Position numbers and translations under genes: made by a program | Notes under the pieces: model-generated | What the model saw: only the letters and a program-made list of their open reading frames with translations | Databases searched by the model: none | What the model was told of the DNA's origin: nothing | Part shown: positions 18,338 to 27,382 of the stretch, one piece after another | Numbering within the stretch: position 1 is the first letter of the stretch | Layout: the number at the start of each line of letters is the position of its first letter | Source: a virus | Direction: 5' to 3' (one strand) | IMG/VR virus record: IMGVR_UViG_3300037755_000497 | Location: 1-64,000 of that record | Length of the DNA: 64,000 nt

Positions 18338-18586
18338 TTAATGTACTCTTGGCCCCTCAATGCTGGAATCACCTACCTGAATCATTGTTGCGTTACAAGA
18401 CTTATGATTAAACCACACGCCCATTGAATTTTCACCGATGAACACTACATCTTTTTCAGTAATCAAGACACCACAGCATGAACATATTCTGTTAACAACA
18501 AACCTACTTTTATTGTTTTGATGAAAGGCCATTTGACTTAATTTCATCATATTTATTCTATGTTCTAAATCCATTTCTTTTCTCAT
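18338..18586 (-). CDS. Hypothetical protein, possible Zn-binding
   Basis: CSCC...HKSC. Confidence 0.55.
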   Translation of the reverse strand: MRKEMDLEHRINMMKLSQMAFHQNNKSRFVVNRICSCCGVLITEKDVVFIGENSMGVWFNHKSCNATMIQVGDSSIEGPRVH

Positions 18587-18596
18587 ATACCTAACC

Positions 18597-19259
18597 TTAT
18601 TTTGTATGTTTTCTTAAAGCACCATAAGCTTCTGGGAATAGTTCAACCATTTTATCGCTTAGTTCTTTTGCAATCCATTGGGCTTCAATCTGTGCATGGG
18701 CATCAATTCTTAGTTCGATGAAGTGTTGCCAGTTTCTTAGGTTCCCACTCATATAAAATCTTGTCATAAGGCTTTGTGGAAGTACAGCACGTGCCATTTC
18801 CCTAGCTACACCTTCTTTAAGAAGTTTTTCATACAATCCAACTGATTTACAGATATGGTTCTGAATGCTTGTTCTTAGTTCATCACTTTGAACTTCACCA
18901 TCACTTGCTTGCCTATTACTCTTGGCCTGCGCCCTTAACACTTCTGGAACATAGAATTCTAAATCTTCTGATGTGTACCTTCTCGAAACTTCGTTATAAG
19001 CAAATGTTCTGTGTCTATGAATCTGTGATCTAATGAAAAGTGGGCACTCGATAATAAACGTAGCAGTACAATGTTCAAAAGGTGACATGTGTTTATTCTT
19101 TGCTAGGTAATCAATAAGTTTATTATCCTTATCATCCAAAACTTCTTTTTCACCTTTGAATGATATTCTTGCTGCATTTACAACTGTTAAATCATCACCC
19201 ATGTGATTCACATAGTGAACACCCATATTATTCACAATCCCATAATTCGCATCACTCAT
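18597..19259 (-). CDS. thyX: Flavin-dependent thymidylate synthase
   Basis: NAARIS, HMSPFEH, RHRTFAYNEVSRRY, REMARAVLP, HAQIE. Confidence 0.97.
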   Translation of the reverse strand: MSDANYGIVNNMGVHYVNHMGDDLTVVNAARISFKGEKEVLDDKDNKLIDYLAKNKHMSPFEHCTATFIIECPLFIRSQIHRHRTFAYNEVSRRYTSEDLEFYVPEVLRAQAKSNRQASDGEVQSDELRTSIQNHICKSVGLYEKLLKEGVAREMARAVLPQSLMTRFYMSGNLRNWQHFIELRIDAHAQIEAQWIAKELSDKMVELFPEAYGALRKHTK

Positions 19260-19459
19260 TTTACATCCTTCTCTTTTAGTTTAGCTGTTACTTCTATTTC
19301 TTTACTGTTGCCAATTTTTACTTCTCTTATCCTTACATCCTCAACTTCATGGTACGCCATTTTAGGTTTTAAATATTCTTGAACTGCTTTTATTAAATCT
19401 TCTTTTTCTAAAACAACAATCATGTTCTTACCTTTCTTACTACTGGATGAAAAAGCCAT
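19256..19459 (-). CDS. Hypothetical protein
   Basis: ORF. Confidence 0.5.
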   Translation of the reverse strand: MAFSSSSKKGKNMIVVLEKEDLIKAVQEYLKPKMAYHEVEDVRIREVKIGNSKEIEVTAKLKEKDVK

Positions 19460-19704
19460 TTGCTATCCTGTGTTGTGAAATCATGATAAGTTGTTGCCCC
19501 GTTATCCCAATCAATCCTAATTCTTCCAGTGTCACGATAGTACATAGCAACGTGCCCCACATATTGTTTCTTAGTTTCTGGTTCTATATAAGAAACCAAC
19601 CTACCTTTAATATATTCAAGAAAAGGAAACCTATCAAAAATCTTAACTACTTTTTTGTTTTGTTGTCCTTGGTCTTGGTCTTGGCCTAAATCTGATTCCA
19701 TCAA
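19420..19704 (-). CDS. Hypothetical protein
   Basis: ORF. Confidence 0.5.
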   Translation of the reverse strand: MMESDLGQDQDQGQQNKKVVKIFDRFPFLEYIKGRLVSYIEPETKKQYVGHVAMYYRDTGRIRIDWDNGATTYHDFTTQDSKWLFHPVVRKVRT

Positions 19705-19900
19705 AGAATCCCCCTATTTTTTGAATCCAAGCATCTTGAATCAACTCTGATTTTTTATACTTGAAGTATTTATCAACAGTGTCTTCTTTGATTTCTGGTA
19801 TGTACCTGAACTTTTCTACGCCTGGTTGATTACTATGGATGAATCCTACATCCCATTTACCAAATGGCCAAACCCTAGCTAATGCTTCTCTTAAAGACAT
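19643..19900 (-). CDS. Hypothetical protein
   Basis: ORF. Confidence 0.5.
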   Translation of the reverse strand: MSLREALARVWPFGKWDVGFIHSNQPGVEKFRYIPEIKEDTVDKYFKYKKSELIQDAWIQKIGGFFDGIRFRPRPRPRTTKQKSS

Positions 19901-20565
19901 AACGTTTCCATCATCCCATCAATTAAATAATAAAGTGTTTCAAGCCCAGCATCCTTATCATTTACTATTACATGATTGTATTCAAACTTATCGCCTAAAC
20001 TAGTTTCTGAACGGTGGGTGCTATTACCAGATGTTTCCCTATTTTTAACTTGTGGACAGTCTACAAGAACTAATTGGCCACCTTTTGACCTAACAAAACT
20101 TCTTTCATTACCAAAGCGTGCATCAGCTATGGCCACATTCTCATAACCATTTTCTTTGATCTTATCGAAAACTATCATAGCGTGAATATCTGGGTCAAAG
20201 CAGTCACGCATTATTTCAGTTCCTACTTTTTGTAAAATGTCCCTTGGTGTTTCAAAAGTCATTCCCCTATTAAGAACTTCATCTACTTTTAAAATTATAT
20301 CATTAGTAATTTTCCATTTATTCACGTCCCTTATCCAAACGCAAATTAATGTACAATGTTTTTCTTCTAATTTTACTGGTGAATCGAATAATTCAAATTT
20401 ACCTTTTGTTGTGTAGCACTGTTCATGTGTTAAGTTGAAAACTTTCATTGCCATCTGTTTTAAGTTTTCAGCAAAGGCCATTTTTGTATAGCCATATTTA
20501 TTCACTAAGTAATCAGCAACGGTGTCTTTGCCAGATTCGTATTCACCACCAATACCAAGTATCAT
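19891..20565 (-). CDS. Deoxynucleoside monophosphate kinase (T4 gp1-like)
   Basis: ILGIGGEYESGKDTVADYL, FAENLK, TPRDILQKVGTE, IADARFGNE, HRSE. Confidence 0.9.
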   Translation of the reverse strand: MILGIGGEYESGKDTVADYLVNKYGYTKMAFAENLKQMAMKVFNLTHEQCYTTKGKFELFDSPVKLEEKHCTLICVWIRDVNKWKITNDIILKVDEVLNRGMTFETPRDILQKVGTEIMRDCFDPDIHAMIVFDKIKENGYENVAIADARFGNERSFVRSKGGQLVLVDCPQVKNRETSGNSTHRSETSLGDKFEYNHVIVNDKDAGLETLYYLIDGMMETLCL

Positions 20566-20634
20566 AAGTTCAAACCTTTTAAATTAAAGTTAGAAAGATA
20601 TAAGGTGGGATATTCACCCCACCTGATTTACCTT

Positions 20635-21042
20635 TTAAGCTGTAGCTGTCTGTGATGATGCTGCTTTAGCTGGGACAACAGTTTTTTGACTTTTGGTTTT
20701 CAATTTCTTTTTACCTTTAGTCTTAACTGTAGCAACGGTCTGAACCGCTTTCTTTGATTTTGAAGTTTTCTTCTTAACAACTGGTGCTAATTGTACGGCC
20801 TTCGGTGCCTTAGTTGTTTTAATAGTTGGTACTGCTTTTTTTCTTTTAACTACAATTCCACTATCAACTGCTTTCAACGTACCAATGCGGTCTGTGTTCC
20901 AAGCGTTGGTAAAGATGTTAAAAATTTTTGTAGCGTTTTCTTTGTTAACGCCACCAACATTCATAATTTCTGTTACAAGTGAATTTTGATTCACTACTTT
21001 TGTCTTAGCCATTTTGGATTCTCCAAGGTTATTAAAGCACAA
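20635..21042 (-). CDS. HU-like N-terminal helices plus histone H1-like Lys/Ala/Thr/Pro-rich tail (start probably MAKTK at 21012)
   Basis: NQNSLVTEIMNVGGVNKENATKIFNIF followed by low-complexity basic tail. Confidence 0.55.
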   Translation of the reverse strand: MCFNNLGESKMAKTKVVNQNSLVTEIMNVGGVNKENATKIFNIFTNAWNTDRIGTLKAVDSGIVVKRKKAVPTIKTTKAPKAVQLAPVVKKKTSKSKKAVQTVATVKTKGKKKLKTKSQKTVVPAKAASSQTATA

Positions 21043-21051
21043 TTGCTTTTT

Positions 21052-21426
21052 CTATTTTTCTGTAAATTCAATAAAACTAATAATGCTACCTTCACTGTCA
21101 ACCATTGCCCCTAAATTCTGTGGCATCTTATCGTTTTGTATTATTTCTAACCCAAAGAATTTACCCATATTAGGTAATACTTTGTCAAACTTTTTATCGT
21201 CCATCGCTGGTATATTGTCAATGAACCATTGCCTTCTTGATGGTGAAACCATAAGGCCCCTAGCGGTCTTATCTTCGCCTTCTTTATCCCTATAACCCTG
21301 AACGTAGGCATTGGTCAGTGCTGGGATATTAAGTGCTTTATTCTCGAAATCTTGGCCGTAAACGCTTTCCATATATTCCCACGCTTTAAGCTGTAGCTTT
21401 ATGTTTTGATTCTTCATCCTTGACAT
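21052..21426 (-). CDS. Hypothetical protein
   Basis: ORF. Confidence 0.6.
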   Translation of the reverse strand: MSRMKNQNIKLQLKAWEYMESVYGQDFENKALNIPALTNAYVQGYRDKEGEDKTARGLMVSPSRRQWFIDNIPAMDDKKFDKVLPNMGKFFGLEIIQNDKMPQNLGAMVDSEGSIISFIEFTEK

Positions 21427-21530
21427 CCTTTGCCATAATTTTTCGGATTATACCTTCAATCCTTTCAGCTGCTACTTCGTTACCACTCATTTCAAAAAGT
21501 TGTTTTTCCCACAACAGCTTTCCCATCAGT

Positions 21531-21752
21531 TCATTCTTCTTGTCCAACACCTTCATCTTCCTTGCTTAAATTATCCAGCATTATTTTGTGCAGCTGTTCT
21601 TTATTAACTACAAACTGTACTGGAATACTAAGGTCACCAACCTTCATTTCTTCTTTGGTCTTCTTATTCCTAATAATAATTTCAAATGGAACCTTTACCG
21701 TTTTTTTCATCTTCCACACCACTTCCTTGTGAATTATTAACCCATATTCCAT
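21531..21752 (-). CDS. Hypothetical protein
   Basis: ORF; start uncertain. Confidence 0.5.
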   Translation of the reverse strand: MEYGLIIHKEVVWKMKKTVKVPFEIIIRNKKTKEEMKVGDLSIPVQFVVNKEQLHKIMLDNLSKEDEGVGQEE

Positions 21753-22035
21753 ATTTGAAATTTCTTTCTTTTATTAATTTGGTTAATTGCCTTAGATACT
21801 TCTTTTGGCCAGGTTTTTTTCTTCTGTTCATATATACTTGCTGGGCAAGGTTCCTATTGACTTTCTTTACTATAACTATTTCTTCTCTTATATTAGCACA
21901 TGAAGATGCAAAGAACTCTGACCTTTTTTCTAGTTCTGCATTTCTATCATTTAAAAATTTCCAGTGTATTTGTGCCCACATGAACCAGGCCAATGAAAAA
22001 GACATACTAAATATTGTTAAACCTGTTCTTATCAT
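21682..22035 (-). CDS. Membrane-anchored coiled-coil hypothetical protein
   Basis: N-terminal hydrophobic helix. Confidence 0.55.
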   Translation of the reverse strand: MIRTGLTIFSMSFSLAWFMWAQIHWKFLNDRNAELEKRSEFFASSCANIREEIVIVKKVNRNLAQQVYMNRRKKPGQKKYLRQLTKLIKERNFKYGIWVNNSQGSGVEDEKNGKGSI

Positions 22036-22248
22036 TTACTGCACTTCTTCTGTATCGAACATACTTTCATACCATACCCCAGTTTCATCCCTAACAATCC
22101 ATTTGGAACCGAATCTTTGGAGCAATACCAAGTTGGCACCAGGGAAGTAACAAAGCTTATAATGCTCTGAACTGTTAGCTATTCGCTTCATTTCATTTAC
22201 ATGACGTATTCGCTCAATTTCTTCTTTTGTTAGACTATACATATACAA
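22036..22248 (-). CDS. Hypothetical protein
   Basis: ORF. Confidence 0.5.
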   Translation of the reverse strand: MYMYSLTKEEIERIRHVNEMKRIANSSEHYKLCYFPGANLVLLQRFGSKWIVRDETGVWYESMFDTEEVQ

Positions 22249-22566
22249 ATTGTAACTTCATTAAGTGTAAAACACAAAAGATTACTAAAATCCCGACTTT
22301 CTTAATATGTCTTCAACAGTCATCACTTCATTAACCATCAACTTAGTTTTTTCAACTAATTCATCTGTTGTTAACATCCTTAAGCTGGAAAGAAACCTTT
22401 CTAGCGTTTCCTTTTCACCATTATCAGCGCAATTAATAATCAATCTTGTACCACTCATTACAGCAACCCTTTTATTAAATAAAATACCTAATTGTTATCT
22501 CATATATAAAAATCACAATCACCAGCACAATTAAGTAAGCTGTAAGCCTACCCCATTCTTCCCAAT

Positions 22567-22794
22567 TCAAGTTGTGAATCTCATTGTATAATTAATAACA
22601 AAGTCTATTTTGTAAACTCTGTTTACTTCACTTCTTATTTTATTTTTCAACAGCATCAAGTTATTCCAATCCTGGTTATCCCTTGGTGTTTCAATATTCA
22701 TATCAATTGTGAATGTATTATTTTTCAATGTCACATCAAAACTTATGACACTAAAATTGTTGTTAAGTAATTTTTCAATTGTTTTAGTTGTCAT
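22567..22794 (-). CDS. Hypothetical protein
   Basis: ORF, coupled. Confidence 0.55.
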   Translation of the reverse strand: MTTKTIEKLLNNNFSVISFDVTLKNNTFTIDMNIETPRDNQDWNNLMLLKNKIRSEVNRVYKIDFVINYTMRFTT

Positions 22795-23273
22795 TTACTG
22801 GCCCTTCTTTTTAATTTCTTTTTACCTTTAGTAGAAACAACGTTTACTGTTTCTGGTAATTCTGCTTTATCCTTAAAGAATACAACTTTACAACCAGGGC
22901 ACTGGTGGGCCAATGGTATTTTTAATTTTACCCTTCCACTCAATTGCCAACCATTAACTGTAGATTCGCCATATTTAGAAACCATCTTTTTTCTTTCTTC
23001 AACAGATATATTTTTCATCTGTACCATTTTAGCTGGGCACTTGTGTACATGTGTTGTTACGGTGTTCGGAACTTTGTATTTTACCATTCTGGTTTCTATA
23101 AGTTTTCCTTTACCCATACTTTTCTTCTTGAAAACTTTTGTAACAATGTACGTAACATCATCAATGATAAACATTTCATTTTTCTTTAGTCTTTTAAGGC
23201 CAACTTCTTCCATGTCTATTTCAACACCAAGTTCCCTTTCAGTATCCCAAAAATCAAAAGCTGTTACTTTCAT
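22791..23273 (-). CDS. Hypothetical protein, possible Zn-binding
   Basis: HKC...CPGC; basic C-tail. Confidence 0.6.
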   Translation of the reverse strand: MKVTAFDFWDTERELGVEIDMEEVGLKRLKKNEMFIIDDVTYIVTKVFKKKSMGKGKLIETRMVKYKVPNTVTTHVHKCPAKMVQMKNISVEERKKMVSKYGESTVNGWQLSGRVKLKIPLAHQCPGCKVVFFKDKAELPETVNVVSTKGKKKLKRRASK

Positions 23274-23767
23274 TATACAATCAATCCTTTATCAATTACT
23301 TTACTTTTTTTATTCTCTTTTGCTTCCTGTGCATGTGTCAGTATTAAAGTCATTCTACCAACAAAAGTCATCAATTCAGCTTGTTCAGTTTTTATTTTAG
23401 CTCTATGTTTCCATAGGAACCGCCAAGACTTTACACAACTGGCAACAACTTTGTTTAACTCTAAATCAGTTAAATTATTTATACCAGCATTTTCAAATTC
23501 TTGTTTTACTCTTTGCTTTGTTAATTCCCACGATTCATCAAGATTACCTTCACCATCATAAGTTCTACCACAGAGCATACACGATTTATCATTGTACACA
23601 CCTGATTTTCTTTTTGCTTCAAATTTCATTCGCTGGATGGCCACAACTTTTTGTGGGTGGTGAAGTCTTCCCATTATTGTAGCAGTATCTATAACTTCAT
23701 CTGGATGAATACCAATGCAGTTTATACAACCTGTTATACCATCATCCCTTAGTTTTTCTTCACTCAT
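23273..23767 (-). CDS. Hypothetical protein, possible Zn-binding
   Basis: CINC...CMLC. Confidence 0.6.
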   Translation of the reverse strand: MSEEKLRDDGITGCINCIGIHPDEVIDTATIMGRLHHPQKVVAIQRMKFEAKRKSGVYNDKSCMLCGRTYDGEGNLDESWELTKQRVKQEFENAGINNLTDLELNKVVASCVKSWRFLWKHRAKIKTEQAELMTFVGRMTLILTHAQEAKENKKSKVIDKGLIV

Positions 23768-24064
23768 TTAATATTCCCTAAATTTCTCATTTGTAAGAAA
23801 ATTATAATTTAATGTTACTTCTTCCCATCTACCAGCAAATAGTTTTTCTATAGGGCCATCAGATTTTAACCTTCTATATAACAGGCCATCTGATAAACTA
23901 TAAAGCGTTGTTCCTATCATTTCACTTGCGCTTACAACTTGTTTATGGTGCTTGGCCTTATTTATTTCTTTACCTAATTTATTAAACGCATTAGCTGCTT
24001 TAGATGCTGATTCGGCTACAGCATTAATTACATCAGCATGTTCCTTTTTAAATCCCTTCTTCAT
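23768..24064 (-). CDS. Hypothetical protein
   Basis: ORF. Confidence 0.55.
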   Translation of the reverse strand: MKKGFKKEHADVINAVAESASKAANAFNKLGKEINKAKHHKQVVSASEMIGTTLYSLSDGLLYRRLKSDGPIEKLFAGRWEEVTLNYNFLTNEKFREY

Positions 24065-24276
24065 GAACTTACCCCTTTGAAAACTTCCATATAATCCTTA
24101 TTGCCTTTTTCTACAAAATCTAAATAAGCAATAGTAGCACGCCTTATAAGTTCATTTCTTGAAACTGGAAAACCTGTTTCTTTGCTAAGTTCTTCAACCT
24201 TTTTGTCGATGCGTTCTATTTCTCTGGGTTTCATCGAAACTGAAAAATTCTTTTTTCTTTCTATTGCCCTGTCCAT
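24061..24276 (-). CDS. Ribbon-helix-helix (CopG/Arc-like) regulator
   Basis: KNFSVSM...IERID...VSRNELIRRATIAYL. Confidence 0.8.
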   Translation of the reverse strand: MDRAIERKKNFSVSMKPREIERIDKKVEELSKETGFPVSRNELIRRATIAYLDFVEKGNKDYMEVFKGVSS

Positions 24277-24327
24277 AGTTTCCTAATTCAATGTTATTAA
24301 GTATGTTATACTATGTTATCCATTGAA

Positions 24328-24681
24328 TTATTCTTGGTCAAGTTTTTCACCCAAAGATTTTCCTAAATCTACATCTTCTTTTAAGTCAACCCTTGATTGT
24401 GCTGCATCCTTGGCCTGCTCATTTAATCTAAGGAATGCTTGAAGTTTCTTTTTATATGTATTGTCACGCATTACTGTTATCTTAACTTTCTTACCATTCA
24501 TCAACAAATCTAATGGGAATGACCTTCCTTCTCTTACGGCCATTAAAGCCGACTTAGAAAGTGTTAAGCAAAAGTTTTCACCGCTACTTCCCATTTCAAT
24601 TAATTGTACAGCATCTTCGCCTACCATTTTACTCATAAGTTTACCCCTATCTGTTATATCAACTACATTATCATTGCCCAT
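24328..24681 (-). CDS. Hypothetical protein
   Basis: ORF. Confidence 0.6.
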   Translation of the reverse strand: MGNDNVVDITDRGKLMSKMVGEDAVQLIEMGSSGENFCLTLSKSALMAVREGRSFPLDLLMNGKKVKITVMRDNTYKKKLQAFLRLNEQAKDAAQSRVDLKEDVDLGKSLGEKLDQE

Positions 24682-25064
24682 TAAAACTTCTTGGTAAAAG
24701 TCTTAGGCTTATATTCAGAAAGTATTTCAATATTAATTGCTTTGTAACCCTTCTTCTTAACACCTGTCCTTTTATCAACTATTGTTTTACCGCTTTCTTT
24801 TATATCGAATCTTACACGTTCACCTGGGAAAGCTTGAACTACAACTTCGTTACCACTTTCATCCTGCATAGTTTGGCCGCGTACCCTTCCATTGAATTCT
24901 ACGAAACCTTCACGCCCAGGTTCAACATCATTTACATGGAAGAACAAATCATCAAAGTTCCTATCATCAGGTTTTATGAAACCGTAATCTTCTTTAAAAT
25001 AGACAACATGACCTTCAACCGAATTCCTTACTAATGTTGCATCATTGCCGTTTTTTTCGTGCAT
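24681..25064 (-). CDS. Cold-shock domain protein
   Basis: GHVVYF..DYGFI (RNP1-like), DLFFHVND (RNP2-like), GERVRF, KAINI. Confidence 0.8.
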   Translation of the reverse strand: MHEKNGNDATLVRNSVEGHVVYFKEDYGFIKPDDRNFDDLFFHVNDVEPGREGFVEFNGRVRGQTMQDESGNEVVVQAFPGERVRFDIKESGKTIVDKRTGVKKKGYKAINIEILSEYKPKTFTKKF

Positions 25065-25695
25065 TTTTTTTACCCTTCTTAACTTTCTTAGGTTCTTCTA
25101 ATTTTAAATCCTCTTTAATTGCCACTTGCCAAGCACCCCATAGAGCTACTAAAGCAGCATCAACCCAACCATCATGTGCCTTCTTTGAACCTTCTGGGAC
25201 AAAGCTAACTTTCGGGAATAATCTATTTGCTGCTATTAGTGCCATTGTTTTATTATCTTTAACTTTTGGTGCTGGTTTTGGTTTCTTAGCAGCTTTCCTT
25301 TTTTCTTTTTCTTCTTTGGTTTCTCTCTTTGGATTACTTAATACTGATACCCCAACAAACATTACTTTTTGCCAAGTACCAGGTGGAACCATCATTAATC
25401 TTATATTGTTTGATTCCATCATCTGTCTTAAAGTGGCGATTGATTCACCTAAGCTAATAGATTGTGTCCTACCAGCAAAGCCGCCCCCTGTGTTTGGTTT
25501 CTCAATGAACGCATATGATATTCTTTTAGCGTACTTCTTCACCCAACTATCAACAGCGTGCCAATCAACTTCTTTTTTTAATCTTGGTGGCTTAATTTTG
25601 TCAATAAGTTTCCCAGTCTTTGCGCTTATAACTACAAGGCCACCGTCTTTCCCTGGGTCACCACCTAATATTAATTTACTCTTTTTCAACTTCAT
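25042..25695 (-). CDS. RuvC-like Holliday junction resolvase
   Basis: ILGGDPGKDGG, FIEKP, PGTWQK, HDGWVDAALVA. Confidence 0.85.
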   Translation of the reverse strand: MKLKKSKLILGGDPGKDGGLVVISAKTGKLIDKIKPPRLKKEVDWHAVDSWVKKYAKRISYAFIEKPNTGGGFAGRTQSISLGESIATLRQMMESNNIRLMMVPPGTWQKVMFVGVSVLSNPKRETKEEKEKRKAAKKPKPAPKVKDNKTMALIAANRLFPKVSFVPEGSKKAHDGWVDAALVALWGAWQVAIKEDLKLEEPKKVKKGKKNARKKRQ

Positions 25696-25891
25696 ACTTA
25701 TTCCCTTCGGTGGGTTGTTTGCATTCTTGTTTCTTGTATTTTTCAGAAGCTATTAATGCTTTCCCTTCTAAGAAATGAACTTTACCATTGATGCATCTGT
25801 ATTCAACTGGTTTACTATTTTTTGTAAGTTCATCAGCTGTACACTTTATCATTAAAAGGCATAAGCAAATTGACATGATAAAACCAATCAT
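25676..25891 (-). CDS. Small secreted/lipoprotein-like protein
   Basis: Hydrophobic N-terminus ending in Cys. Confidence 0.5.
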   Translation of the reverse strand: MIGFIMSICLCLLMIKCTADELTKNSKPVEYRCINGKVHFLEGKALIASEKYKKQECKQPTEGNKYEVEKE

Positions 25892-25892
25892 T

Positions 25893-26885
25893 TTAATACC
25901 TCTTAATCAATTTTTTCTTCTTCTTTTTTGGGGCAAACGGTAAATTTCTAAATATATGCGCTATAACATCTACAGTCCAACCATTGCCTAGCATTTTATA
26001 TCTTTGTGAATTTGAAACTCCATCTGTGTAATCTTCTGGTACAGTTTGTAACCTTTCACATTCCAATGGACTTAGTTTCCTTATGCTTTCCCTATCTAAA
26101 TCTACAACACCAGTAAATGACCTAGTTGAATAACCGGCCGCTGGTAAAGTGTGTGCTTTATCTGGGTTAGTGTAGCTTCTATCCTCTACACCATTTTCAC
26201 CACGGCCAGAGCTAGAATAATTTATTGTTACCATTGTTCTTTGGCCGTGATTATCAACACCTTTAAAATAGTTTGCATCCAAACATTGTGATTTTAATAT
26301 TCTTTGCTGCCACTTTCCATGGCTTTTTATTACCCCAAAGCCATCATCTTCAAGTATGTCCCTAAGAAATATTTTTTTATCTTTTGGTGGTTCTACATTT
26401 GGTATATTAGTCCAATAAAGTCTTCTTCTATTTTGTGCTGAAACTAGGTTTGAATTTATTTCAATAGGTTCAACACCTAAATGTTCTGTTATTATGTCCT
26501 GCCATTCCTGTTTCATCCATACATTTTCTAATAAGAAGAATTTAGGTTTTGTTTTCTTTAGTATTCTTACAAAGTCAAAAAATAATTTTGAACGTGGGTC
26601 ATCAAAATTTAATTGTTTCCCAGCTACACTAAAACCTTGGCATGGCGAACCAGCTATAAGTAAATCAATATCTTTAAATTTTTTACTTTTAGCTTTTAAT
26701 TTTGTTACATCACCTAATTGTTTTGTATCAGGGAAATTTCTTTGTGTTACTTTTATAGCATATTTGTCTATTTCAGAAGCATAGTATTTATCTATATTAA
26801 TACCAATTTTTTTAAGTGCTAATTGACCACATGACATACCATCAAATAAACTTAATACTTTTATCTTTTTTTTCTTCACTACCAA
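25893..26885 (-). CDS. DNA (cytosine-5) methyltransferase
   Basis: LSLFDGMSCG (motif I), GSPCQGFS (IV), LENV (VI), QNRRR (VIII), RYKMLGNGW (X). Confidence 0.95.
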   Translation of the reverse strand: MVVKKKKIKVLSLFDGMSCGQLALKKIGINIDKYYASEIDKYAIKVTQRNFPDTKQLGDVTKLKAKSKKFKDIDLLIAGSPCQGFSVAGKQLNFDDPRSKLFFDFVRILKKTKPKFFLLENVWMKQEWQDIITEHLGVEPIEINSNLVSAQNRRRLYWTNIPNVEPPKDKKIFLRDILEDDGFGVIKSHGKWQQRILKSQCLDANYFKGVDNHGQRTMVTINYSSSGRGENGVEDRSYTNPDKAHTLPAAGYSTRSFTGVVDLDRESIRKLSPLECERLQTVPEDYTDGVSNSQRYKMLGNGWTVDVIAHIFRNLPFAPKKKKKKLIKRY

Positions 26886-27382
26886 TGTCTCACAGTAATT
26901 TTTTCAGCGTAATCGTCATGCATACAAACATCCCAAGACCAGCTATTATCTTCTTTATTAAAAATACCGTAAGTATGAACTAATTCGCTTTTTTCACATC
27001 TTGCATTATGTAGGAACTGTTCTTCTGTTGGCGTATTTTCTCCATCGTTATCCCAACCTTCCAACCAGAATGCTTTAACAAAAGTTAGCGCATCAACGTG
27101 GCCTTTCATTAAACTAACATGCGGGCCGCTATCATCACCTAAACTTATTGTTTGTTTTGTTAAATCTAAAGAAGAAATATCAATATTAAATTCCTTATCA
27201 CGTAAAAGCTGTGCCCCACTTCTTTCATATTCAACATCTAATTCAGCTTCACACATTTCATCATACAAATCATCAAATTCTGCAAAGCATGTTGTGGTCG
27301 GGTAGATACCCGATTCATCTGGGTTACCTAACATCTTACTAATTATTTCTGTTCTTCTCTTAACAAATTCTTCCTTGTCCAT
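26879..27382 (-). CDS. Hypothetical protein
   Basis: ORF. Confidence 0.6.
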   Translation of the reverse strand: MDKEEFVKRRTEIISKMLGNPDESGIYPTTTCFAEFDDLYDEMCEAELDVEYERSGAQLLRDKEFNIDISSLDLTKQTISLGDDSGPHVSLMKGHVDALTFVKAFWLEGWDNDGENTPTEEQFLHNARCEKSELVHTYGIFNKEDNSWSWDVCMHDDYAEKITVRHW

